From: Octopus vulgaris
Lineage: Eukaryota
DNA length: 64,000 nt
Direction: 5' to 3'
Assembly (NCBI GenBank): GCA_951406725.2
Contig: OX597814.1
Span: 154,566,001 to 154,630,000, forward strand
The position numbers were made by a program, and so were the translations under genes. This document shows positions 13,330 through 28,176 of the stretch, piece by piece. The notes under the pieces are model-generated. The model saw nothing but the letters and a program-made list of their open reading frames with translations. It ran no database searches and was not told where the DNA came from. Positions within the stretch are counted from its first letter, which is position 1. Each line of letters starts with the position of its first letter.

Positions 13330-13896
13330 CGTACAGACACGTAAATATATACATATAATATATATAAACACGCGTACATGATATGGACATGTAATATAAT
13401 ATACACGCACACTGAAACACAAACACACAGGCTCACATACACATACAGTTTTAATCATGAGTTAACATGGATGTATTAAAAAACATATAATGGATGGTTC
13501 TGTAATATTCTTAATTCTTTAAATCAGCGTTGCTTTTTACCTGGTCTTAGCATCTCACATTCTTCTCATCCCCACCGTATGGGAACAATAATGCAGTAAT
13601 AAGTGGATTGATGAGAAGTTAGAAATATTGTCGGAAGATATATTAAGTAATTAATCATTGCCACTGTCAGACTAAGTGGAAGACCATCCACCGCCAACAC
13701 ATACCACCACCATCACTCGTACCATCTGTTCACTTAACATGGTAGATACATCGTCATATAACATCGTAATATTCTGTAAACACGTGTCTGCGAGTGTACT
13801 TCATTTTTCGGTACATGTATATACGTTTACGTACAGACACACGTATTTAAGAAAAGATATTTCCCAGTCTGTATATGCACGTGTGTGTGTATATGT

Positions 13897-13937
<41 letters not shown>

Positions 13938-14197
13938 CGCGCCACAGTCCTTGAGCTGTAGTTACTAAAAGCTAACAGAGTACATATACATACACACACT
14001 CACGCGCGCGCGCTCACAGACACATATACACACACTATCATGTTATGCATTTATGTATATATGTGTGCATGTATGTATGTATGTATGTATGTATGTATCT
14101 ATATATATATGTATATAGATATATGAATGTATATGCATACATGTATACACATGCATACATATATCTCTCTATATATATACATATATATATATGTATA

Positions 14198-14248
<51 letters not shown>

Positions 14249-14273
14249 GTATATATATATATGTATATATATA

Positions 14274-14346
<73 letters not shown>

Positions 14347-14387
14347 AGAGAGAGAGGGAGAGGAAGAGAGAGAGATACATTTATATA

Positions 14388-15415
14388 TAGCCCACTTCTT
14401 TTCCTCATCTAAATCAATGATATTACCGACATCATCAAATGCAGCATCATAAGAATCTTAAGAATGCGGATGATTCCAAGCTCCAGAAGGTCATCAATGA
14501 AGAGGGTGACAGGACATCCCTTCACTCAGACCTACTGGCTCTATCATCCAACGGGCGGAAAAGAACAACATGCTGCTGAACGAGGACAAATCTGAGTTAA
14601 TCCACTTCGGAGAAGACAATACCCTGAAACTCCCGTACTCCCTACCAGCAGTTGAAACTGTCATGGCATCCAACAACATCAGTGACTTGGGAATAATTGT
14701 GGACAACAACATAAGCTGGGCTTCTCATGTAAACAGCAAAGTTGACATGGCCCGCAGAATGTGTTCCTGGATTCTCAAACTTCCCAGTCGAGATTTAACC
14801 ACACCATTATCCTTCTCTTTTCAACTTTTGCCTGACCACACCTTGAATACTGTTGTCCACTGTGGTCTCTCTACACGAAACAAAGTATCATGAAAGTTGA
14901 AGCACCTCAAAGGTTAATTACAAAAAAGATAGATAGCATGACAGGCCTTGACTATTGGGATTGACTAGAATAGCTCAAACTTTATTCACTACAACGTCGC
15001 CGTGGGCGCTACAACATCTACATGATGTGGAATATATTCCATCAGTATTGCACAAATGATGTTCGCATCACCTTTAAGATACACCCAACACTTGTGCTAT
15101 CTACCCACAGTAAAAGTCACTCTCATCTCATAATAACAATACGGCACAATTATTTCATCTCAATTGGCCCCGCTCTCTTAAACATTACACCAAAACTCAT
15201 TAATGCAGAAACAGACCCGATAAAGTTCAAGACGTCTTTGAATGAATTCCTTCGAATAAACCTCCTACACCCGGATACGTCTTCGTAAACAATAACTCTC
15301 TACTTGAATGGACCATGTTGTCCGAATCCTGATTTGAATGACTTCGCCAGGTGGTGGTATTAAGTTAGACATGGCCTGGGCAAATACCGGTCAAAACTTA
15401 TCAAAATACCGAAGT
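14388..15415 (+). mobile_element. CR1-group LINE fragment (RT C-terminal half + 3'UTR), decayed
   Basis: PLLFLI*INDI, ADDSKL, DLGIIVDNNISWASHVN, LEYCCPLWS, LKLYSLQRRR; stops and frameshifts present. Confidence 0.9.
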
Positions 15416-15718
15416 AAATATCAAGAGTTGCATCAAATGGTTTCTAGTGGCAGAAGTCTGAACTACAACGGGTTTGTCCCACGAAACATTTCCGGTTAAT
15501 TTTCGTTACCCTCTCCATATTTTGAAGAGGTGGGTTTCTGGCTCTGAAAGTTTTCTTGAATTATTATCTAATATATTTTAGGATTTCAATAAATTTGAAT
15601 ATTGCAATGCCTTCTTCTATTCCATTTCCTATCTAGAGGTGAGCTTCATGAATTTCGGTAGTATGGTTAATGAGAAAAAAAAAATTATAGTTCTCTTGCT
15701 TCATTGTTTCAAAGGACA

Positions 15719-15769
<51 letters not shown>

Positions 15770-15793
15770 TATATATATAGATATAGATATATA

Positions 15794-15826
<33 letters not shown>

Positions 15827-15829
15827 TAT

Positions 15830-15873
<44 letters not shown>

Positions 15874-15928
15874 ATAAATATGTATATATATGTACATATG
15901 TGTACATCTATATGTATATATATATATA

Positions 15929-15998
<70 letters not shown>

Positions 15999-16033
15999 TA
16001 TATATATATACATATAGATGTACACATATGTAC

Positions 16034-16105
<72 letters not shown>

Positions 16106-16552
16106 GTATAGACACCCATTTGAGTGTGTAGAGGGAGGTGTAGGAGATTAATGTGTCAAAATATTTTGTAAGAGAATGAGAAAAGTGAGCGAGAGAGAGT
16201 ATGGAAGAAAAAGTCAGAGTCCCCCCTCTCTCTCTCTCTCTCTTCCTCTCTCACTCTCACTTTTTTCTCTCCCTCTCTGTATATACGAGAGAATTGGAGA
16301 GGGAAGCTGAAACAACAATCAACAATGTCAGTTAAGGTTGTCAGATTATATAAACCAAAGTGAGATTAACAATGGTGATGTTGAACTTGAGGACAACACA
16401 TTGTAAGAAACAAACCCATCAACAACAAATGATACATGTATACATACGTACCCATATACGTTCACACAGATACACACACACACACAGACACACACACAGA
16501 CACACACACACGTGCACACACATGTATACGTAAAGACATACATTCATATACA

Positions 16553-16658
<106 letters not shown>

Positions 16659-16749
16659 TATATGTTTATATATATATATATATATGAATATATGTTTATA
16701 TATATTTATATATATATATTATATATATTATATATATATATGAATATAT

Positions 16750-16792
<43 letters not shown>

Positions 16793-16804
16793 ATATGAAT
16801 ATAT

Positions 16805-16849
<45 letters not shown>

Positions 16850-16876
16850 ATATATGAATATATGTTTATATATATA

Positions 16877-17620
16877 TTGTCAGTTGCTAAACTGACAATG
16901 AAATGTAGACGGCTGGCTGGATGGATTCTTAGAACCTTTAGAACAAGAGAACAAGAAACCATGATGGTCCTCTGGAAGACACTTGTCCTAAGCCACTTTG
17001 ACTATTGCTCTCAGCTATGGTCACCATCCAGTGTCAAGTTGATCACAGAACTTGAGGCGATCCAACGAAGCTACACAAAGAAGATAGCCTCTATGCAGAA
17101 TGTAAGCTACTGGGAAAGACTCAAGAGATTAAAATTATATTCCCTGGAGCGTAGGCGGGAAAGATATGCCATAATATACATCTGGAAGATCCTGGAGGGA
17201 AGTGTCCTGAACTTTGGCATCGAGAGTTACGCAAATGCCAGAACTGGGCGCCACTGCGTGGTGCCTAGGACTCCAAACCTGCCATCAAGATGTAGGACAA
17301 GATACTGTGATAGCCTGGGCTTCCGAGGCCCACAGCTCTTCAATATCCTCCCGAAGAACCTGAGAGACCTGCATGGGGTGGATACAGATGTCTTTAAAAT
17401 GAAGCTGGATCTCTTCCTGTCAGGTGTCCCAGATGAACCAACTTCACGGCAGGAGGGGCAGATGAGGGCAGCTGCATCGAACTCTCTCATGCACCAAATA
17501 GCAGTTGCTAGAAAGCCTCCATGAAGTGAAACCAAGCAGCAACACCAAATGGCGGTGCCCCAGCATGGCCACAGCTCATAAGCTGAAACTAGAATCAATC
17601 AATCAATCAATCAATCAATC
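16877..17620 (+). mobile_element. CR1-group LINE 3' fragment, 5'-truncated, uninterrupted ORF end
   Basis: ORF to 17524: LWKTLVLSHFDYCSQLWSP...ELEAIQRSYTKKI...YWERLKRLKLYSLERRRERY. 3' stem-loop tail and (TCAA)n; flanked by the repeated atgaatatatgtttatatatat. Confidence 0.92.
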
Positions 17621-17743
17621 ATGAATATATGTTTATATATATTTATATATATATATATATAAGCGGGACCAGCCATCTGAATATGTTTATATATATATAT
17701 GTATATATATATATTATATATATATATATGTATATATATATAT

Positions 17744-17815
<72 letters not shown>

Positions 17816-17820
17816 ATATA

Positions 17821-17865
<45 letters not shown>

Positions 17866-17995
17866 ATATGAATATACGTTTATATATATATGTATGTATA
17901 TATATATATATTATATATATATATGTATGTATATATATATATATTATATATACATATATGTATATATATATATATTATATATATATGTATGTATG

Positions 17996-18039
<44 letters not shown>

Positions 18040-18502
18040 TATGAATATATGTATATATGTATATATGCACGCACTTATACTGTACATACACATACTGTAT
18101 TCTTCGGCATGCAAGTTGACGTAGGAGATAATGTAAACATGTGGTGTAAACATTCAATCGTTGTCACTATCCATCCAAGTCCTGTTGCATTTCTCGTGGA
18201 ATGTTTTGTCCTCCAAAGCCATCCTAGCGTATAAGTCGATCTATCTTCTTTTGACTGGAAATTTTGGTTTCAATAATTGAAAAGTTTTAGACAGAAATTA
18301 CGTCGCGCGCTCTCACACGCAGACACTCACATCCCCCACCTGTCTCTATCTCACACTCTCCGTTTCCTTTCATAATCACTGAAAAGTCATTTTTCAGTTA
18401 TAGCTACGCATCATAGCCACATGGACATGTCGGCGTTTGCCGATCCATCCATCCGTCATTCCCTCTTACCATCCATCCTCCCATGGACTCATGCCTCCAT
18501 AC

Positions 18503-19223
18503 CTTTCGCCTTTTACTTATTATACTGCAGCCAACATGGGGTACCGCCTTTGAGAATTTTGGTCGAACGAATCAACCTCAGGTGAAGGCATGTGACTTTG
18601 TGATTAGGTTGTTGGATTCATGATCGCAAGGTTGTGGTTTCGATTCCTGGACCGGGCGACGCTTTGTGTTCTCGAGCAAAACACTTCATTTCATGCTGCT
18701 CCATCCACCTGCGACGGACCGGCGTCTCGTTCAGGTGGGGAATATGCCAAGGAAACCGAGAAACTGGCCCTTATCAGTCGGCATGCCTCGAGAATGAAAT
18801 AACAAAAAAAAAGTCTACCCCCATTACTTTTTTGCTTTTTTTAAAGATCAGGTACTTATTTCCATTGGACTGCTTTATCGAACCACTAAGTTACAAAGAC
18901 GGAAATACACCAGCACCTGTATGTAGTCAAGCGGTAGTGGGAGACAAATACACACGTACATACACACACACACACATAAACACACACACACACACATACA
19001 CACATACACAAACACACACACTCACAAACACACACACAAACGCACACACACACACACACAAACACACAATAGGCTTCTATCAGTTTCCGTCAACCAAATC
19101 CACTCAGAAAGATTTGGTCTGCCTGCGGCTATAGTACAAGGCACTTGCCCAGGATGCTATGGGACTGAAACCGGAAACATGTGGTTATGAAGCAAGCGTC
19201 TTACCACGCAGCCACCCCTGCAC
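18503..19223 (-). mobile_element. SINE family A (-) with nested family C SINE (+) at ~18583-18800
   Basis: Family A tail at 18503-18580 and head at 19070-19223; the insert resembles 6658-6921. Confidence 0.75.
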
Positions 19224-19288
<65 letters not shown>

Positions 19289-20251
19289 GTTCCTTTTAGT
19301 TTTTGTTCAACTGTAATTCCACACTAATTGAGAAGATCTATGTTCAAAGGCATCCTAATAGGTATCACCGCGTCTATTATTCAAACTTACTGTATTTAGG
19401 TTTTATATTATCTAATACATTTTTGTCTACTTTCTTTTTATAGCCAATAGGATATGATTTAATAGAGATAAAGCTGCTATTTGTAGCATGTCGAGTGAAC
19501 ATGTGAAGGCACCCTGTTTAGCTTGTTTGTTCTACATATAATAATAAAAAAAATTAATAAACAACAAAAATAATTATATTAGAATAAACGAGATGTACAG
19601 CACATCTGTAGATCATTTTATATTATAATGGTTTTGTCAGACGAGGAAGGGCAGCATATATGCCAGACCCTTTCGGCAGAGAGGGTAGGGATGAAGATGA
19701 TATAAGTATTCAGTTGTTGTTGATGATATTGTAGTAGTTGTTATTTAGTCAAAAAATCAGCCGTTACCGAAGAAACGTATTTATCAAAGACATACCAATT
19801 GTGATCTTCCCTCCTTTTATACAGACGTTATGTGTTTCCAACTACATTAACCAATTATCTAACGCGCCTATTTCTTAAGACTGTGGAGTATGAATTACTG
19901 GAAGATTTGGCAATAATGTTAAAGGTTACTTTTTCGGTACAGGAGTTGCTACTATAACCAACAGACTAAGAAGACATCGAGTTAGCTGCAGCCCAGTAAC
20001 CTTGCCCAAAATCTTGTAACGGAGTGGAGACGACCGCTAATGGCACCCAAGTACAGGATGAAATAGAGGGTAGAGTATTTTGTAACCCTATTACGGGTTC
20101 AGTTCAGCTAGGGGGCTACATAAATTCATGTCCTCGATTTCACTTCAAAAGGATGCTTTCCTACTCACGGTTACAGTAGAGAACACTTGTCCAAGCTTAA
20201 AGAAACCGAACCAGGAAATGAAGAATTGCGAAGCACCTACATCTCCCCTCG

Positions 20252-20283
<32 letters not shown>

Positions 20284-20429
20284 ACACACACGCACACGCG
20301 CGCACGGAAGTTCGCACGCACGTGTACGTATCTGTGTATGACATGTATCTAAGAACTTTAAGGACTACTCTCAGAAGTTAATGCACAAAGTATAGTGTGA
20401 GAAAGTGCATGTACAATGTTTGTGTGTGC

Positions 20430-20470
<41 letters not shown>

Positions 20471-20550
20471 CATATGAATGTATATAAGCATACACACGTG
20501 TATGTGAATGCATATATGCATATATGCACGTACATATTTGTATATATAAG

Positions 20551-20883
20551 CATCTTTTTCTATTCCTGAGCGTTATACTAATACATCTGTTTGTTTTGTA
20601 CACCACCTGTCTTCGTCTTTTGTTTTTTTCATAAACTCTCCCCATATATATATGTATGTGTGTATGTGTGCGCGCGTGTGTGTACAGATGTATATGTATT
20701 TATATATAGACATGTATATATATGATATACGTGTACATACATACACACAGACACATATATTACACACACACACACACATGAATATGTTTAAGTAGCTAAT
20801 GGTAAAATTGAACACAAAAGTATTTGCTACCTAATTATGTGTTTAAAAGATGTGCGTATAAAAACACTCACACATACAAACAC

Positions 20884-20954
<71 letters not shown>

Positions 20955-21135
20955 TAACATTTATAGAAAAAGAAAAGACGAAGACAGGTGTATGAACAAC
21001 AAGCAAGTGTATTAATTTGACGCTCGGGAAAATGAAAAAGTCTTTTATGTTTCGAGCGTACCCTCTTCAACAAAGAGGAATAAGAGAAAATAAACAGAGA
21101 GAATGAAAAAAACTTGTAGATTTCAGCGGTCCGTG
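20551..21135. mobile_element. two related PLE-end-like fragments (20551-20644 +, 20950-21135 -)
   Basis: cacctgtcttcgtctttt at ~20604 is the reverse complement of aaaagacgaagacaggtg at ~20973. Both abut TA tracts; the minus copy has a degenerate HHR-like motif. Confidence 0.6.
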
Positions 21136-21235
21136 GGTGGGTGTGGGTGGGTGCCCCAGCATGGCGACAGCCTTAGGGCTGAAACGTATAAACAATAAAA
21201 GGATGTGTATGTGTGTGAGAATGTGTGTGCGTGCA

Positions 21236-21283
<48 letters not shown>

Positions 21284-21601
21284 TGTGTGTACGTGTGAGT
21301 ATTAGTCACTCAAAGATGGAGTGTTTCAGTCAAAGGCATTTATCAATAAATGAGAAGTGCACTTGTCTGAAACTCTCTCTCTTGAGCCACTGCTATGGTT
21401 TCTTACCTATAAAAAAATATTGAATATTAGGGGTAGCTTATCCTGTTTAGGCTATATTATTAGCATTATCCTGTGTTTGAGAATTTAAAATCACTTCTGT
21501 AACTTTATAAGCATTTATGAATTGATTGATATTTCTTCCGTTTGTATACTATTCCTATTTCTTCCCCTCTCTCTCTCTCTCTGTTTTTCTCCAAGCCAAA
21601 T

Positions 21602-21649
<48 letters not shown>

Positions 21650-22539
21650 TAAGAGAGAGTGTATGGGAAACCATTGACTCTATATTTAAAACACATTTAT
21701 AATACACATATAGCTACAGACTTAGAGATCTGACGCAGGATTTAATGAAGTCACACTGGCAAAGCTATTTAGATCTTTACACTATTTTCCCTCTTTGATA
21801 ATTATTCCAGTTTGTCGATCAATGGAAGAATCTAGCTACTCCTAGACTTAAGTGAAAGTAGGTTACTATTCCATAGACACTTGTACCTTTAACATAACCC
21901 GCTAAACGTAATCATTTGAATTAAAAGATACACCGTCCAACTGACTGACTGACTGACTATTTTCCTCTCAGTTTTCCGCGACCGGTTCCACAAGGTTTTG
22001 GTCGACTCGTAGTTTGGGTAATATTATTTTATACTAGCCTGAATTTCCGTGCAGTGAGATCGAAGCTGAACAATCCTGATTGTTAAATAACGTGTTAATC
22101 TTTCAACCATGACTGTACCCATGTAGTGTAAATTTTACCACACATGCATGCACACAAATAAGGCTCTAGTAAACCTAGTATAGTTTTGAGTTGAACTATG
22201 GCATGCATCGAGACACAGAGAAATGAAATATGTTCCATCCAGATACTCATTATACAATGCATAGGGAAATAGCAAGTGATGTTGTACTATGGAAAGTGAA
22301 ATAACGTTGATACTGAATAAGTACTGATAGTGTCATATAGAAGGGACATTTACACAACGCTGGCTGATAATGTTAGAGAATGAATAAGAAATAAAATATA
22401 CTGATAATGTTTATACAGCCAATAGAGAAATAACGTGTACATGTAATGCTATAGAATAATTAGTCAAGTAGCGTGTACTACAAATATTTTACAATGATTT
22501 ATGATGTAGGGTCAGCAAATATTAATACTATAGCAGAAT

Positions 22540-23520
22540 GAATGCATAGTGAATATTAGTGATATAGCATGTACTATTACGCATAATGTACAGTGAAACA
22601 CTGTGTACTGTCGTACAAGAGACATTGAAATAGCGTGTAATGTTATACAATAGACAACGAAATAATGTGTACTGTTTATACAATGGCGAGTGAAATATTG
22701 TGCATTGTTATACATTAGACAATGAAATAGCGTGCACTGTAATACAATGAACAATAAAATAGTGTGTACTGTTATACAATAGTGTGTGCTGTTATACAAT
22801 AAGCAATGAAATAGTATGTACTGTTATACAATAGTGTGTGCTGTTATACATTAAACATTGAAATAGTATTATTGTTATACGATAGTGTGTGCTGTTATAC
22901 AATAGACAATGAAATAGTATGTCCTGTTATACGATAGTCTGTGAAATAGTGTGTGCTATTATACAAAAGTGTGTACTGTTATACAATAAACAATGAAATA
23001 GTGTGTACTATTATACGATAGTGTGTGCTGATATACAATAAACAGTGAAATAGTATGTACTGTTATACAATAGTCTGTGAAATAGTATGTGCTATTATAC
23101 AAAAGTGTGTACTGTTATACAATAAACAGTGAAATAGTATGTACTGTTATACAATAGTGTGTGCTGTTATACGATAAATGAAATAGTATGTACTGTTATA
23201 CAATAGTCTGTGAAATAGTGTGTGCTATTATACAAAAGTGTGTACTGTTATACAATAAACAATGAAATAGTATGTACTGTTATACAATAGTGTGTGCTGT
23301 TATACAATAAACAATGAAATAGTATGTGCCGTTATACGATGGTCTGTAAAATAGTGTGTAATGTTATACAATAGAGAATGACAATGTGTACTGTTATACG
23401 ATAAAGAATGAAATAATGTGAATGATTATACGATAGAGAAAAAATAATGTATACTGTTATATGACAGAGAATGAAATAATCTGTATCGTTATACAATGGA
23501 GAGTGAAATAGCATGCAACC
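22540..23520. repeat. minisatellite of ~29-bp and ~18-bp units
   Basis: Units aatgaaatagtatgtactgttatacaata(aac) and tagtgtgtgctgttatacaa; homogeneous centre, decayed edges. Confidence 0.9.
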
Positions 23521-23996
23521 CTATACAAGAGATAATGAAACATTGTGTACTGACATAAAAATAGACTGATGTGTACTGCTATGCAATCTAGCGTGTAATA
23601 GCAAATGGTGTTATACAATGTATTGTAAAATAGTACGTTCTGTTGGTGTAATGTAATGAAAAATTTAAAAGCATGCACTGATGATGTTATACAATGGAAG
23701 AGAAGAAACAATATTTACATAACATTTGTATTAAAAAATATTTGTACTTTAAGGATGCTTTGTAAGCTCACAAAAGATGAAAGCTTTACATACAGATGAC
23801 TAATGTGCATTTAAATTTATACACGCGCACGCACATAAACATACACATATATTATAAACATATATAACATAGCTACATCTGCACTTTCTTCACACAAACA
23901 TACATACATGAGTGTGTGCATGCGCGCGCGCGTGTGTGTGTGTGTGTGTGTGTGAATGTGTTTAAAAGCTGAAGTAGTTGGTACTATAATCTATCA

Positions 23997-24298
23997 TAGT
24001 GGTTTTCAACCATTTTTTTCCTATGGACCCCTTTGGTTTCTATTTTGCTCTACAGAACCCTAATCAGTATTCGTTTGTTTTATTTTTTGAAAAATCCCGT
24101 TATGTTTCTATAATTAAATATTATCAAGAAATGAATAAAAAAAAAATTGAAATATTTTGTGTATCGTAGAATTACATTCAATTTATAGCAGATAAATTTT
24201 TCACAGCAAAATCTTATACGGACCCCTAAAGATCATATGGACCCCAAACGGTGACATGGAACCCTAAGGATTATATGGACCCCTGTTGAAAGCCACTG
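23997..24298. mobile_element. hAT(Charlie-like) MITE
   Basis: TIRs tagtggttttcaac / gttgaaagccactg; repeated subterminal atggacccc. Confidence 0.75.
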
Positions 24299-24372
24299 GT
24301 CTGTCCGGTGTCGTACAGATTTGACATTCTTTTAAAGGTACACACAAATAAATCTACACATCCATATCTTAC

Positions 24373-24460
<88 letters not shown>

Positions 24461-24996
24461 ACTTTCACATTACACACATACACACATATATATACATACA
24501 TACCTACACATATATTTATTATATATATATATATATATATATCGATATATATATATATCGATTTATATATATATATGTATCAATTTATATATGTATGTAT
24601 CGATTTATATATGATTTCATTCAATGTATAATATGAGCAAGTAAATGCAATTTTATCACGTGTTTATCTATGTTATATTGTATACGATATATGTGTGTGT
24701 GTGCATATAATATGACATTGGTTAATGATTTACAATATATATATATATATGTATATGTATATATATATATATGTGTGTGTTTGTGTGTGTGGACTTATAT
24801 GTAGAATGTTATAACTAATTAGACACAGTATAGTGAAATGCCAAATTTATGAATGCAGTCGTATAACATAATTTCGCAAATTTATCTTTCACATTAAGAA
24901 TCTTGAAGTGCAAACGACGAAGATATGAACTACATAGACAATATGCGAGTGTGTGTGTGTGTGTGTGTATTTATATGTGTGCGTAGGTATGTGTAT

Positions 24997-25031
<35 letters not shown>

Positions 25032-25213
25032 GGTGTGTGTGCGTATGTGTGTACATTTATAGATTGACGGATGTATATGTATATATTAAATAAAATCAAT
25101 AAATCAATTTATCTATGTATATACATACACACACACACACACACATATCTATGTATATGAATATACATACATACGTACATGCATACATACATACACACAA
25201 ACATACATACATG

Positions 25214-25510
25214 TTTTATCTTTTACTTGTTTCAGGCACTGTTTTTTAAAGCCTGGTACTTATTCTATCGATCTGTTTTGCCGAACTGCTATATTACGTG
25301 GACATAAACACACCAACACTGCTTGTCAAGCTGTGGTAGGGGAAAAACGCAGATGAAAAGAGACAGACATATAGCTGTATACGATGGGATTCTTTCAGTT
25401 TCCGTTTACCAAACCACTCACAAGGCTTTGGTCGGCCCGAGGCTATAGTAAAAAAATACTTGCCCAAGGTGCAACTCAGCGGGACTGAACCCGGAGCCAT
25501 GTGGTTCGGA
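25214..25510 (-). mobile_element. SINE family A, partial
   Basis: cttttacttgtttcag...ctttcagtttccgtttaccaa...gggactgaacccggagccatgtgg. Confidence 0.85.
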
Positions 25511-25681
25511 ATACATACGTACATATATTTTTGCATAGGTGTATGTATGTAAGTATGTATGTATGTATGTATGTATGTATGTATGTATGTATGTATGTAT
25601 GTATGTATGTATGTATGTATGTATGTATGTATGTATGTATGTATGTATGTATGTATGTATGTATGTATGTATGTATGTATG

Positions 25682-25890
<209 letters not shown>

Positions 25891-25912
25891 TATATGTGTA
25901 TATATATATCTA

Positions 25913-25972
<60 letters not shown>

Positions 25973-26115
25973 AGCATATATATATATACACAAACATATA
26001 CGCATATGCAGATGCGTACAAACATGATACATATATCTATGTATATATATACATATATGTATACGTACATATATATATACATACAAATATATATACAGAC
26101 ATATATACATATATT

Positions 26116-26147
<32 letters not shown>

Positions 26148-26290
26148 CATATTTACATATACATATATATGTATATATATATGTATGTATATATGTATGC
26201 ATATATGTGTATGTATATATATATATGTATATATATATATATGTATATATGTATATATGTATATATATGTGTATATATATATATGATATA

Positions 26291-26329
<39 letters not shown>

Positions 26330-26582
26330 GAAATTTACATAAATATGTATGTATAGCGTACGTGTGTGCGTGAGTATGTATGCATATATGTATGTATAGA
26401 AGAGTATTATGTATTTGAAGAAATGAATAGAAATGACTTTTTCTCCCACTTTAGTAATCAGATGTTTATAAGTTTAATTATTGAAGTGAAAAATGTTCAG
26501 AAAGGCCATTTCTCATAATTAATATATATATACACATACATACAAACATATGTATGTTTGTGTGTGTATGTGTGTGTGTGTA

Positions 26583-26616
<34 letters not shown>

Positions 26617-26651
26617 GGTATGTATACACACATATATATAAACATATGTAA

Positions 26652-26693
<42 letters not shown>

Positions 26694-26869
26694 ATATACA
26701 TATATATGCATACATATATAAATCCATCCATATATATATGTGTGTGTGTGTATGTGTATGTATGTATGTATATATGTATGCATGTATGTATGTATGTATG
26801 TATGTATGTATGTATGTATGTATGTATGTATGTATGTATGTATGTATGTATGTATGTATGTATGTATGT

Positions 26870-27072
26870 TGGCAAATCAAAGAGGTAAAACAAGCAAAAG
26901 TCAATATGACGTACGCAAGAGGTACATTATAGATGGACACTCGGCGAAAATCTTCGATGGAAAAATGGGTGTGGATATGACGTTTCGGGCATGAACCTTC
27001 GTCGGAAAGGAGAATAGTCCAGAAAGAAAGAAAATAGTAAGGAACAGATAGTCTGGAGAAAAGCCGGGGAAT
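26870..27072 (-). mobile_element. PLE-end-like fragment with HHR-like motif at 26975-27010
   Basis: Minus strand: ttt-CCGACGA-aggttcatgccc-GAAAC-GTC-ata; unique island inside TATG repeats. Confidence 0.55.
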
Positions 27073-27134
27073 GCATACATACATACATACATCCATCCAT
27101 CCATACATACTTACATACACACATAATACATACA

Positions 27135-27168
<34 letters not shown>

Positions 27169-27195
27169 CATACATACATACATATATACATATAT

Positions 27196-27280
<85 letters not shown>

Positions 27281-27425
27281 TGGGAGGTTTCCTTCAGTTT
27301 CCGTTTACCAATCTATTCACATGTAAGAGACCCTTGGCCTTGGAGTACATAGTGTCACGCAGTGAGACTGAACTTGAAACTGTGTGCTTTGGAAGCAAAC
27401 TTCTTACCATGCAGCCATGTATGCG

Positions 27426-27477
<52 letters not shown>

Positions 27478-28131
27478 GCGTGCGTGCGAACCCACACATA
27501 GCCACACATACACAGACACACATATATGCACGCATACATAATTTATTGTTCGACTATAGTATATATTTATCGAAGATGCTATGCTTGAGAATCGAACTCG
27601 GTTTCACGTGTTTGGCAAATATCTTCGTTGCCTACCAATGCTGACCGTTGGTTTGTTATGTTGTTGTTTTATGCCATCTTCCCCCCTTTCATCCAAACAG
27701 ATAAACACTATATGACGTATGTTACTCTTTTCTAGGAATTTCACTTGTCATCGTAGCTTGTTTCTTTATGTGATGTCTGTGTAAATGTCTATGCTCCTAC
27801 CGCCACTTTTCTTTTATGCATGACGATGGCTGCTTCTCGTAGTTTTTTATGGTTACTCTTCATACTATTCACAAATGTAATTTATGGCAGTCATCTTTTA
27901 AAATGTGTATATGTGTACACTCTTATTAAGATATTAAGTCCGTCGTCTTCTAGGACGTATACATTTTTCTCTCGATATGTGTGTATGTATGTCTATGTAT
28001 GCATATAGGCTTGTATCATTTCTTTCGAATTTCTTTTTATAGTTTCTTACACAAACATATATATTTTCCAGAGGCATAAATATATACACACACATACACT
28101 CTCTTAATCTATGCATACGCACATCTTAAAT

Positions 28132-28176
<45 letters not shown>

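Noticed and set aside
16862-17524. 220-aa ORF as a host gene
   Set aside because: It is the C-terminus of a 5'-truncated LINE ORF2; the ATG comes from flanking repeat.
22540-23520. CRISPR-like periodic repeat
   Set aside because: No unique spacers, units are degenerate and contiguous, there are no cas genes, and the context is eukaryotic.
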